From Nannocystales bacterium (GTDB taxonomy: Bacteria > Myxococcota_A > Polyangia > Nannocystales > Nannocystaceae): a DNA stretch of 64,000 bases. Shown here one piece after another: positions 18,176 through 27,318 of this stretch. The translations under genes were made by a program, and so were the position numbers. Location of the stretch: positions 32,001 through 96,000 of the forward strand of contig JBOEGF010000022.1 of the NCBI GenBank assembly GCA_050633305.1, read 5' to 3'. Numbering within the stretch: the stretch's first letter is position 1; every line of letters starts with the position of its first letter. Under the pieces are notes generated by a model that was not told where the DNA came from, searched no databases, and was given only the letters and a program-made list of their open reading frames with translations.

Positions 18176-18212
18176 GGCGGACCACCGCCGGCCCGGGGGG
18201 CGACGGGAGAGC

Positions 18213-20288
18213 TCAGCCGGCGTGCCCGAGCGCGCGTGCGAGCGCCCAGGTCGGAAAAACCTGCCGGTACAGCTCGTAGTCCAACACCGAGGTGTTGAAG
18301 AAGACGCCGGAGGGGGTCTCCGGCGGCCACAGGCCGTCGTCGCGCTGTCGGTCCCGAAGGAAGGCAAGCCCCGTTTCGATCGCCTCGGTCTCGTGGGGCG
18401 CGATTTCCTGCAGCGTCAGCACGGCCCAGGCGGTCTGGGTGACTGTGCTGGCTTCGTTGGGCTCGAGGTCGTGGGGCGCGTCGTTGAGCAGCCCCAGGTA
18501 GCTCTCGCCCCAGCCGCCGTCGGGTCGTTGATGCTCCACGAGCCACCGGCTGGCCCGTGCAAAAGCGGGGTGTGAGGGGGGGAGCCCCGCTGCGAGCAGG
18601 CCCGAGCAGGCGAAAAACGTCCCGTAGGTGACGTTGACGCCCCAGAAACCGAGCCAGCCGCCGTCTTCGTGCTGCTGTTCGAGCAAGAAGGCGCGGCCAT
18701 CCGTCACGGCCTTGCGTACGCTGGAGCGGAGCTCGCTGGGCATGGATTCGCCCAGCTCGCGCTCTGCATACGCGAGACCGCGAACGCAGCTGCCCGTGCA
18801 CTCGGTGTACGAGTACTCCAGCATGCAGTTGCCGTAGATCTCCGCCGGGTTGTAGTGCTTGAGCACCATCGGCCCACGGCGAGGCTCGTAGGAGCCGAAC
18901 CCACCATCGTCGTTTTGGCGTTGGAGGATGAACTCGACCGCGCACAGCTTGCGGCCCAGCTGCAGCCGCCCAACCTCGTCGCTCAGCCCGGCATCTTCGA
19001 TACGCATCAGCGCTTCGAGGGCCTCGGCGGTGCAGTCGCTGACGGGCCACGGATGGTTCTCGTTCGCGAATCCCCAGCCGCCGTACGCGGGCTCGCGGAA
19101 GTGTCGGGAACCACCGCGGACGTCGGCCTGCATCTGCGCCGTCGGCAGCCAACGCGACGCGGCGTGGGCGATCGAGCGCGCCTGGTCGCTTTGGGGACCT
19201 TCGCTCAACGCTTGAAGCATGAACGAGGTGTCCCAGATGTCGGATCGGGCACCTGCGAATCGCGTCCCGAGGGTCTCGTCCTCCCAGACCCAGTACTCCA
19301 TCGCGGCCATGCCCTTGGCGAGCTCGGGGTGCTGGGGGTCCTCTGCGTGCAGCGCCAGGCAGAAGAGGAACCCGTTGACGGGGCTGAGGCACACGTAGTC
19401 CGTCGAACGAAACTCGAACAGGATGTGCTCCATCGCCTTGCTGAGGGCTCGCTTGCGAACCACGCCGGGGACGACACGGTCGACCCGTCGAAGGCCGGCG
19501 AAGATCTTCTTGAGCGCGGGCGCCGGCTCCTCGTAAAGGTCCGTCGCCGCGATCGACTCGGTGTGTTGCTCGAAGTCTTCGGCTCGGTAGCCACGCGGGT
19601 ACAGCTCCGAGCGAATGGCATCGAGCAACGGTCCACTGGGCGCCACCACCTTGGCGCCGTACAGGTACGACAAGCCGAGGTAGATCAAGCGCATGTGGCA
19701 GTACAGCCGCCGCGGGTGCATCGGCGCCGACTCGGGAAGCAGCCACAGCTCGGGCATGATCGGCTGCGCTCCGGTCCACGGGTACAGGCCCAACAAGGCG
19801 AGCCAGATCCGGCCCCACGTAGGGATCGTGTAGACGCCCCCGGCCTCCGAAATGAAGCTCCGCGCTCGGACACACATCGGGTCGTCGGCGGGGGCCCCGA
19901 GCAATCGCAGCGCGACGTACCCGAGCGTCGTGTGGAACAACCACGCCTTTCCGCGAAAGGCGCGGGGCTCATTCGGGTCGCCGGTGTGAACGACCGGGAG
20001 CATCCCCCAGCCGCCGCCGGGGAACTCTTGGACCTCGAGGCTACGGCGGATCAGTGCCCGGCGAGCCTGAGGGATCTCGTGTCCGGTGATGTGGCAGACG
20101 AAGACGTACTGACACACCAGCATCGGGTTCCAAACGACCTCGCCCGCGAAGGCGCCGTTGTCTTGCTGTCGACCGGCGAGCCCGTCCAAAGCCTTGGCGT
20201 AGGCTTGGGCGTTCGGGTCCGTGGAAAGCTCGGGGGGCGGCGTCGTTGTTGCCCCGGAGACGTTCGCGTGGCTGTGGTTTTGGCTCAT
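18213..20288 (-). CDS. 2,3-oxidosqualene cyclase-like triterpene cyclase
   Basis: PVSDCTAE active-site motif (not the SHC-type DxDD), HPRRLYCHMR, YTECT, WGVNVTYGT and several QxxDGGW repeats. Start placed at MSQNHSH, ATG 20288. Confidence 0.88.
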   Translation of the reverse strand: MSQNHSHANVSGATTTPPPELSTDPNAQAYAKALDGLAGRQQDNGAFAGEVVWNPMLVCQYVFVCHITGHEIPQARRALIRRSLEVQEFPGGGWGMLPVVHTGDPNEPRAFRGKAWLFHTTLGYVALRLLGAPADDPMCVRARSFISEAGGVYTIPTWGRIWLALLGLYPWTGAQPIMPELWLLPESAPMHPRRLYCHMRLIYLGLSYLYGAKVVAPSGPLLDAIRSELYPRGYRAEDFEQHTESIAATDLYEEPAPALKKIFAGLRRVDRVVPGVVRKRALSKAMEHILFEFRSTDYVCLSPVNGFLFCLALHAEDPQHPELAKGMAAMEYWVWEDETLGTRFAGARSDIWDTSFMLQALSEGPQSDQARSIAHAASRWLPTAQMQADVRGGSRHFREPAYGGWGFANENHPWPVSDCTAEALEALMRIEDAGLSDEVGRLQLGRKLCAVEFILQRQNDDGGFGSYEPRRGPMVLKHYNPAEIYGNCMLEYSYTECTGSCVRGLAYAERELGESMPSELRSSVRKAVTDGRAFLLEQQHEDGGWLGFWGVNVTYGTFFACSGLLAAGLPPSHPAFARASRWLVEHQRPDGGWGESYLGLLNDAPHDLEPNEASTVTQTAWAVLTLQEIAPHETEAIETGLAFLRDRQRDDGLWPPETPSGVFFNTSVLDYELYRQVFPTWALARALGHAG

Positions 20289-20377
20289 GGTCGGGTTGGC
20301 CTCAGTCCCGTCTGCGACCCGGAGCGCCCGCGGAGCAACCCCGGGGACCCCCCGGAGACCGCCCGGGGACCACCCGG

Positions 20378-21052
20378 TCAATCGCTCGGACGTAGCACGA
20401 GGAACCACTGGTGGGGAAGGAAGGTTTCCTCCGACTCGACCACGAACCCGGCTTGCGCGAGCTCCCCTTTCGCGGTTTCGACGTCGATCCGGTGCTGCGG
20501 AGCAGGCGCAATCCCCTCTGGGGGGGTCGCATCGGGGCGGAAGTCGAGAAGCACCAGCCGCCCCTCGTCCTTGAGGGCTGCGCGAACCCGTGTGAAGTAG
20601 GGCACACGGCTCCGAATGTACGCGTACGTGTTGGCCGAGAAGACCAGGTCGAGCCCATCCTGCGGCAGCATCGGGTCGTCGTAGTGGGCCAGGTGGGGCT
20701 CGATGTTGGGCGTGCCCCACTGCTCGCGCTGCTCGAGCAGGTAGTCCTCGAACTCACCGTCGACATCGACCGCGTAGACCCGCCCCTCGGGCACCAAGAG
20801 CGCGAGGCGGCGTGTGAAGTAGCCCGAGCCCGCACCAATGTCGGCGACCGTGGATGCTTTGGCGGGGGCGGGCAGGGCGTCCACCACCCGATCGGGTTGT
20901 TGCCATGCGTCGCGCTGCGGGTCCTCGAAGACCTCGATCATCGCGCGCGGGTCGTCGTAGTGCTGCGGAGGCCCGCTGTTCTTCCCCGGGCACCCCGCTG
21001 CGAAGGCGACGAGGAGCAACGGTGCCGCGATCCGGGGCAGCTTACAGGCCAT
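20378..21052 (-). CDS. Class I SAM-dependent methyltransferase, lipoprotein
   Basis: LLLVAFAAGC lipobox; RDAWQQPD, VADIGAGSGYFT, VYAVDV and FLPHQWF. Confidence 0.82.
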   Translation of the reverse strand: MACKLPRIAAPLLLVAFAAGCPGKNSGPPQHYDDPRAMIEVFEDPQRDAWQQPDRVVDALPAPAKASTVADIGAGSGYFTRRLALLVPEGRVYAVDVDGEFEDYLLEQREQWGTPNIEPHLAHYDDPMLPQDGLDLVFSANTYAYIRSRVPYFTRVRAALKDEGRLVLLDFRPDATPPEGIAPAPQHRIDVETAKGELAQAGFVVESEETFLPHQWFLVLRPSD

Positions 21053-21150
21053 AGGACAAGGGTATGCCGCCACTTGCATCGCCGTAAAGGGTGGACGCAC
21101 GCCCATGCGACTCCGATCTCTGGCGGGGTGTTGGTAAGCTCCCGCGGCCC

Positions 21151-21918
21151 ATGTCGGCCCCTGCCGCCGCACCCTCGAGTGCACCGCCCCCTTTTGATCC
21201 GGACTCGATGCAGAGCCGGGTCCCGACCGAACTCCGCGCGGAGGGGACGTGGCTTCGGCGCTGCGCTCGCACACTGTTGGGCGTAGTGGTGTCGCCACAG
21301 CGCGTGTTCTTGCGCTGCCCCGAACCCATCGATCACGGCACCGCGCTTCGATTCCTCGCGACGCTACGCTTGCTGCCGTGGCTTGGCCTCGTCGCCTGGC
21401 TCGGCGCGGCGTTTGTGGTGTCGCCCGAGCGCGAGCTCGTGACGAGCCGGTCGATCCACGTCCTGTTGGATCCGGCGATGCTCGAGGCGCTCTCGGTCTG
21501 GCTTCTGGTGATGGTTCCCGTGGGTATGCCGCTGCTCTACTTCGTGTGCGGACTCGTCTCGCACGTCGCGGTCGGTCTCACGGGGGGGGCCTCTCGATCG
21601 GTCGGTGCCAGTATGCGTGCGGTCGGCTACGCGATGGGCCCGGCGCTGCTTGGGATCGCGGTGCTCGACGTCCTGCTCTTCACGGTGGGCGTCGACGGAA
21701 ACCTGTTCCTCGGCATCGCGTTGGGGTTGGTGGTCGTCTTTCTGTGGTCCGCCTCGGTTGGCTTGGCGCGCACCCACCAGATTCATCTGCTACGGGCGCT
21801 CTTGGTCGCGTTGCTTCCCACGGTGATCTTGTTCGCGGCGTTCGCCGGCCGGGCCGCATTGCAACTCGAAGAGCTGCCGTTCGTGCCCGAGCCTGCCTCC
21901 CCGTACGTTGTTCCCTAG
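21151..21918 (+). CDS. Membrane protein, Yip1-like
   Basis: About five hydrophobic helices; VSPQRVF and ASMRAVGYA patterns. Confidence 0.55.
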   Translation: MSAPAAAPSSAPPPFDPDSMQSRVPTELRAEGTWLRRCARTLLGVVVSPQRVFLRCPEPIDHGTALRFLATLRLLPWLGLVAWLGAAFVVSPERELVTSRSIHVLLDPAMLEALSVWLLVMVPVGMPLLYFVCGLVSHVAVGLTGGASRSVGASMRAVGYAMGPALLGIAVLDVLLFTVGVDGNLFLGIALGLVVVFLWSASVGLARTHQIHLLRALLVALLPTVILFAAFAGRAALQLEELPFVPEPASPYVVP

Positions 21919-21924
21919 CGGGGC

Positions 21925-23157
21925 CTACAACTCCTCGATCACCGAGCCCCCGTCGACGGCCGAAATCGGCCGTCCGCCGCTGGAGAGTCGAACATCCTCG
22001 GGGTCGAGGCCGAGCTTGGTGTGCACTGTCCGGTGCAAGTCCGCGACGGAAACCGGTCGCTCGGTCACCGCGACGCCGTCTGCGTCGGTCGCCCCCACGA
22101 CCTGACCTCCGGAGACCCCGCCGCCGGCGAGGACAGCGGATGCGACGTGCGGGTAGTGGTCGCGACCTCCGCGAGCATTGATTCTTGGCGTCCGCCCAAA
22201 GTCTCCCATCCACAGCACCAACGTCTCGTCGAGTCGTCCGCTGGATTTGAGGTCGTCCAGCAGCGCGGACATGGCCGTGTCGAGCTCAGCGCTGAGCGCT
22301 GCGACGCGCTCAAAGTTGTTCTCGTGGGTGTCCCACCCGCCCATCTGGACCTCGACGAACGGGACCCCCCGCTCGACGAGGCGTCTTGCCATCAGGCAGC
22401 CTTGGCCAAACTTTCCAGGGCCGTATCGCTCGCTCACGGTCCGAGGCTCCTGGTCCAGATCGAAGGCCTCGAGCTCGGCCGCCCGCATCATGCGAACAGC
22501 CTGGTCCACGACGGCCTCGTGCCCTTGCACGGCGCTCGGGGAGCGTCCGGCGGCGAAGTCGCCCTGCAATGCCGACCACATGTCCAACCGCGCATCGAGC
22601 CGACCCTTCGACATCTCGCTCTCGACGTTCCGGACCGGACGGGTGGGGTTGCTGACCACGAAGGGGTCGTGCGCGGGACCCAGCAGTCCTGCCTTGTGCC
22701 CGGGTCCCCCGACCGCGATGTTTCCCGGCAGTGGCGCTCCGGGGGCTTGGGCCGCGTGGACAAAGGAGCCCAGGCCAGGGTGGCGAGCCCCGCCGGCCGG
22801 AACGAAGCCGGTGTGCATCAGGTAGCGGGCACGGGCGTGGTTGCCCTCGCGGTACGACAGCGACCGGACGATCGCGAGGTCATCGGCGCGGCGCGCCAAG
22901 CCGGGAAGGTGCTCGCTGACGTGCACGCCTGGGATGGTGGTGCGGATGGAACTAAACTCGCCTCCTGTGGGCCGCCCCGGCTTGGGGTCCCAGGTGTCGA
23001 TCTGACTCGCCCCTCCCACCATGTACAGGAGGATGCAGGCCTTGGCCGTTCCCTGCGCCAAGGTGGCCGGTCCGGTGGCATGGGCGGCAGTGGTGACCCC
23101 GGCAGCCAGCGCTCCCAGGCCCAGTCTCATGGCGTTGCGTCGCGTCATCATGGGCAT
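21925..23157 (-). CDS. DUF1501 family protein, Tat-exported
   Basis: MTRRNAM Tat motif; CILLYMVGGASQIDTWDPKP, CLMARRLVERGV, GWDTH, GDFGRTP and GRDHY. Confidence 0.9.
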   Translation of the reverse strand: MPMMTRRNAMRLGLGALAAGVTTAAHATGPATLAQGTAKACILLYMVGGASQIDTWDPKPGRPTGGEFSSIRTTIPGVHVSEHLPGLARRADDLAIVRSLSYREGNHARARYLMHTGFVPAGGARHPGLGSFVHAAQAPGAPLPGNIAVGGPGHKAGLLGPAHDPFVVSNPTRPVRNVESEMSKGRLDARLDMWSALQGDFAAGRSPSAVQGHEAVVDQAVRMMRAAELEAFDLDQEPRTVSERYGPGKFGQGCLMARRLVERGVPFVEVQMGGWDTHENNFERVAALSAELDTAMSALLDDLKSSGRLDETLVLWMGDFGRTPRINARGGRDHYPHVASAVLAGGGVSGGQVVGATDADGVAVTERPVSVADLHRTVHTKLGLDPEDVRLSSGGRPISAVDGGSVIEEL

Positions 23158-23177
23158 GTCGTCTCCTTCGGTCGAGC

Positions 23178-24812
23178 TTAGTGGATGGTGAGGAACTCGC
23201 TGCTCAGCAGCATGGCGTGCATGAGGTCTTCGTAGGCCGAGCTGCCATGCTCGCGCTCTTCGAGGGTCGCGAGGACTCGTGTCTGTTGAGCCTGCGTTGG
23301 ACGTCGGCCGTAGACCCTCAGGTACAGGGCGTCAACGCGGGCCTGTGGGGACTCGTAGCGGCTCAGCACGTCGTACACGGCGGTGCCTTGAACGTCGGAG
23401 GTTCCCGAGCGGATAAGGTCTCCGTTGAGCAACAACAGGGCCTGCGGGACGCTGCCCGAGAACGAGTCGGTGCTGTGCATCTCATCGTCCGAGAACACGA
23501 ACCGGTACTCCTTGAGCGCCCGGTCGCGCCGCTTCTCGAAGTTCTTGCGGAAGCGCGGGCCGCCGCGACCGTCGGCCGAAGTCGCGATCATCAGACTTCG
23601 GAACAGCTGCTCGGCGTTCATCGAGCGCACTGGGTGCTGGGCGAAGACCGCCTCGGCGGCTCGAGTCTGGGCGGGGTCTCGGTCGGGTGCGGCGGAGCTG
23701 CGCTGGTAGGCGTCGCTCAATACGAGGGTGCGCAGCAGATCGTGCAGGTCGTAGCCGTTGCGGACGAATTGCGAGGCGAGGTGTTCGAGGATTGGAGGAT
23801 GGCTTTCGTCATGCTCACCGCCGAGGTCATCCCAGCGGGGGACCAGGCCGACGCCAAACAGCTGCTGCCATGTCCGGGCCACCACGGTCTTGGCGAACAG
23901 GTCGGAGCCTGTGATGTCTTGCGCGAGCGCGGCACGACGGCCAGCGGGGTGCTCACTGGCGCCCTTGGAGAGAAAACCGGGTGCGATCTGGGCGCCCGAG
24001 CGGTCGCCTGGGCCATCCTGCGGGGTGGGCAGGTGCATCTGGCCTCGCTTGCGGTCCGTGAGGGTGGGGACACGCGCGCCGCCTGCTTTCTGAAATCGAA
24101 ACCGCGAGCGCCCGAAGTACGCCGCGAGGGCGTAGAAATCCTCCTGCGAGTAGCGGGGGTCCGAGGGGTGGTCGTGGCACTGCGCACACTCGAGCGTGAT
24201 GCCGAGAAACACCTTCGCGGTCTTGCCGGTCAGCGCCTCGACGTTGTTCTTCTCGCCGTGGCTGATCAGGAATCCGTACGGCCCGACGCCCTCAAACCGC
24301 CCTGTTGCCGTGAGCAACTCGGTTGCGATCGCGTCGTAGCCCATGTTGTCCGCGAAGGCGCCTTCGAGCCACGCCCTCGTATCCTCGGTCACGCGGTTGC
24401 GTTCCCGGGTGCGGCCGGCCAACAACAGGTCCGTATAGAGTTCGGACCAGTGCTCGGCGAACGCTTGCGAACTCAACAGCGTTTCGACCCACGCGACGCG
24501 TTTGTCCTCCCGGGGGTCGGCTTCGTAGGCCGCGAGATCGGTGGCGGTCGGGATTCGTCCCGTGAGGTCGAGGGAGACCCGTCGTACGTAGGTCGCATCG
24601 TCGACGTAGGCGGCGGGTTCGAGTCCCGCAGCGGTCCACCCCGCGCGGAGCAGCCGGTCGAGTTCGGCGTCCTGGCTCGCGCCCGGTCGATCGTGTGTCC
24701 CTTCGTCGCCGCCGAGTTGGGCTCGGGGGGGGACGACACCATCGCGCCGAGCGCACGAGGGAAGCGTGAGCGCGGCGGCGAGAAGTGCAGATGCAAGTGC
24801 GCGAGGGACCAC
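23178..24812 (-). CDS. DUF1549/DUF1553 domain lipoprotein
   Basis: LTLPSC lipobox; RRVSLDLTGRIPT, FLGITLECAQCHDHP, DFYALAAYF, WQQLFGVGLV and QALLLLNG. Start estimated at GTG 24812. Confidence 0.88.
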   Translation of the reverse strand: MVPRALASALLAAALTLPSCARRDGVVPPRAQLGGDEGTHDRPGASQDAELDRLLRAGWTAAGLEPAAYVDDATYVRRVSLDLTGRIPTATDLAAYEADPREDKRVAWVETLLSSQAFAEHWSELYTDLLLAGRTRERNRVTEDTRAWLEGAFADNMGYDAIATELLTATGRFEGVGPYGFLISHGEKNNVEALTGKTAKVFLGITLECAQCHDHPSDPRYSQEDFYALAAYFGRSRFRFQKAGGARVPTLTDRKRGQMHLPTPQDGPGDRSGAQIAPGFLSKGASEHPAGRRAALAQDITGSDLFAKTVVARTWQQLFGVGLVPRWDDLGGEHDESHPPILEHLASQFVRNGYDLHDLLRTLVLSDAYQRSSAAPDRDPAQTRAAEAVFAQHPVRSMNAEQLFRSLMIATSADGRGGPRFRKNFEKRRDRALKEYRFVFSDDEMHSTDSFSGSVPQALLLLNGDLIRSGTSDVQGTAVYDVLSRYESPQARVDALYLRVYGRRPTQAQQTRVLATLEEREHGSSAYEDLMHAMLLSSEFLTIH

Positions 24813-25016
24813 AGGATCACCATGCCGGCTCGACGGGTTGGACGCCGGTGGGTTTTCTGGCGCTTTACCCCCGAGGAAGATGGGGCGAACTGGGACTTCA
24901 GGCGTTTGAGACGTGGGAGACGTCGTGAAACACCTGCAACACGGGCCCGCGACGCTGAAGATTCGCGGGACGGCTAGGCGTTTGAAATGATTGTGTTTTC
25001 TCTGTTCTTGGCCGGC

Positions 25017-25032
25017 CGGCCTCCGGCGTGCA
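25017..25032 (+). promoter_or_regulatory. Possible sigma54 promoter of the left sulfur operon
   Basis: CGG-CCTCCGGCGT-GCA (GG-N10-GC) after an AT-rich tract at 24981-25010. Weak, since this spacing can arise by chance in GC-rich DNA. Confidence 0.3.
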
Positions 25033-25044
25033 CCGTCGTCGAGC

Positions 25045-26448
25045 ATGCGTCGTCACCCTCCGAGCTGCCTCGCGCTGGCGGTCCTGCTTTCGGGATGTCC
25101 CCAGACGCCGTCGCAGCCCATCGCGAGCGATTCCGTCGACCCGGGTCCGGGGTTGTGTGTTCGCGGGGCGGTCACGGTGGTCTCTCCGGGAGGCACGCCG
25201 GAGGCCTCGGTCGAGGCGCTCGCGGAGCGTGACTGCGACGTGCGCATCGTAGATGTGCGGACGCGTGGAGAGCTCGACAGCACCGGGGTGATCCCCGGGA
25301 GCGAGCATGTCCCCCTGGAGCATGTCGCGCTGCAGGCCACCGGTTGGGACCGCAACGCGCCTGTCGTCTTGGTGTGCCGTTCGGGGCGTCGCTCCGGGGC
25401 TGCCGCCGAGGAACTCACCGAGATGGGGTTCGCTCATGCCGCATCGCTCACCGGCGGTCTGCTGGCGTGGGAGCAAAGCGGCCGCGCGCTTGCGCCCTTC
25501 GTGCGTGCTTCGGAAGCGCGGGCGCGAGCTCCCGAGGTTCGCGAACTCTTCGTCGCCGATATCCAAGGAGACCTCTCCGACCGTGACCGGGTGCGCCGAA
25601 CCAAGGCGGCGAACCTGCTCTTGCATGGCACCCAAGCGTGTGTGGACGGTCGTGACGCGCACGCCATCGTTGGCACACCTGGGGGCGATGCGGGGGAGTT
25701 GATCTTGGCCCTCGCGACCGCGGAAGCGCTGGGCGGCTTCCAGTTCTCCGTCGAGGCCGTTGAGCGGGTCTTTACGAGCTACCTCGACGCGTTCGGCCAC
25801 TTCTACTTGCACACCGATGTTCACGCTGCGCGACGTTGGCTGCTGTCGGCCGAGGTGCCGCTGGTCGAAGATACAGACCTCGCAGAGGTTCTCCACAGCC
25901 CGCCTGTGGCCCGCCGAGACGCGCTGCTGGCAAGCGTGACCAAGCCCGAGCATGTGGGGTGCGGGCATCTGCGGTTGAGCCTTCAACACGCGGATGCCTA
26001 CGGTGTTCGCCCTGCGCTGGTCGAGGCAGTGCTCGGCGCCTACTTCCAACGGCTGTGGGCCGCTGAGGGCCGGCTCGAGTTCGTCGTGTTGCAAGGAGAC
26101 CACGCGGAGTCGGCCATCGTGGAAGTCGACATGGGTGGTCCGGTCCACGCGTTCTCCACCATCCCGCTCGTCTCGCCCCGGGTGGGGGAGACGGAGGTCT
26201 TCGTCGTTCACCCCCAAGTCTCGGCGTTCATTCGACGTGAGAACGCCGCGTTCCTTCTGGAGGCGGTTCCGTCGTTGATGGCCTCAGGGGTGGACGAGCA
26301 GGCCTTCCTCGCGAGCCAGCACGCGCTGGCGCACCAACAGCTCACCGAGACGATCCGCCGCCTCGCGCCGAGGCTCCCGAGCTTCGTCGCAAAGGTCCGC
26401 GACGGCGGGTTCGACGTTCACGCACGAAAGAAGCAAGCACATGACTGA
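25045..26448 (+). CDS. Lipoprotein: rhodanese domain fused to a beta/zeta-carbonic-anhydrase-like domain
   Basis: LAVLLSGC lipobox; IVDVRT...IPGS...VCRSGRRS...LTGGLLAW (rhodanese); then CVDGR, GTPGGD, LHTD and HVGCGH. Confidence 0.75.
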   Translation: MRRHPPSCLALAVLLSGCPQTPSQPIASDSVDPGPGLCVRGAVTVVSPGGTPEASVEALAERDCDVRIVDVRTRGELDSTGVIPGSEHVPLEHVALQATGWDRNAPVVLVCRSGRRSGAAAEELTEMGFAHAASLTGGLLAWEQSGRALAPFVRASEARARAPEVRELFVADIQGDLSDRDRVRRTKAANLLLHGTQACVDGRDAHAIVGTPGGDAGELILALATAEALGGFQFSVEAVERVFTSYLDAFGHFYLHTDVHAARRWLLSAEVPLVEDTDLAEVLHSPPVARRDALLASVTKPEHVGCGHLRLSLQHADAYGVRPALVEAVLGAYFQRLWAAEGRLEFVVLQGDHAESAIVEVDMGGPVHAFSTIPLVSPRVGETEVFVVHPQVSAFIRRENAAFLLEAVPSLMASGVDEQAFLASQHALAHQQLTETIRRLAPRLPSFVAKVRDGGFDVHARKKQAHD

Positions 26449-26860
26449 GTTCACACCCATAGCCTCGAGCATCGGGGGCCTGTTGATCGGCCTTTCCGCC
26501 GCGATGATGCTCGTTCTCAAGGGGCGCATCGCCGGGATCAGCGGGATCATCGGAGGACTGGCGTCGGCTCCGGCCGGGGAACGCCCCTGGCGCCTTGCGT
26601 TCATGGGGGGGCTTCTCGCCGGCGGCGTCGTGATGGTTGCTCTGGTGCCTGGGCAGTTCGGGTCGCAGCCCACGGCAGGCACAGGAGCACTCGTCGTGGC
26701 GGGTTTGCTGGTCGGCGTCGGTACGCGGATCGGTGGCGGTTGCACCAGCGGTCACGGGGTTTGCGGCCTGTCCCGCTTTTCCCCCCGGTCGATGGTCGCC
26801 ACGGCGCTCTTCATGAGCTTCGCTGCCATCACGGTCTTTTTCACCCGACACATCTTCTAG
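26441..26860 (+). CDS. YeeE/YedE family sulfur-compound transporter subunit
   Basis: [15 protein letters not shown] and [20 protein letters not shown]. Confidence 0.9.
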   Translation: MTEFTPIASSIGGLLIGLSAAMMLVLKGRIAGISGIIGGLASAPAGERPWRLAFMGGLLAGGVVMVALVPGQFGSQPTAGTGALVVAGLLVGVGTRIGGGCTSGHGVCGLSRFSPRSMVATALFMSFAAITVFFTRHIF

Positions 26861-26868
26861 GAGCCGTC

Positions 26869-27294
26869 ATGCCCGTTGTCCTCGCAGCCTTTCTTTCCGG
26901 TCTCGTGTTCGCCGTGGGTCTCGCCGTCGGTGGCATGACCGACCCCATGAAGGTCGTGTCGTTTCTCGATGTGACCGGAGCCTGGGACCCATCGCTCGCC
27001 TTCGTCATGGGCGGGGCAATCCTCTTGTACGCCCCCGTCTTCCACTTCGTCACCAAGCGGACTCGCCCTCTACTGCATCACTCCTTCCATCTTCCCACCC
27101 GAAAAGACATCGACGTCCGGCTTGTCGCGGGTGGCATCTTGTTCGGGATGGGGTGGGGGCTGGGCGGGTTCTGTCCCGGTCCCGCCATCGTCAGTGCCGC
27201 GAGCCTTCGCGGCGATGTGCTCACCTTCGTCGCCTCGATGTTTGTCGGGATGGCGGGGGTGTTCCTCTACGACCGATCACGCACCAACGCCTAA
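26869..27294 (+). CDS. YeeE/YedE family partner subunit
   Basis: GLAVGGMTDPMKVVSFLD, WDPSLAFVMGGA and FGMGWGLGGFCPGP. Confidence 0.9.
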   Translation: MPVVLAAFLSGLVFAVGLAVGGMTDPMKVVSFLDVTGAWDPSLAFVMGGAILLYAPVFHFVTKRTRPLLHHSFHLPTRKDIDVRLVAGGILFGMGWGLGGFCPGPAIVSAASLRGDVLTFVASMFVGMAGVFLYDRSRTNA

Positions 27295-27318
27295 CCCAAA
27301 CCCCGAGGAGATTCAGCC

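Noticed and set aside
20378..21052. Methyltransferase upstream of the cyclase as a sterol C-24 methyltransferase
   Set aside because: It is a short exported lipoprotein-type methyltransferase without recognisable SMT substrate motifs; adjacency alone is insufficient.
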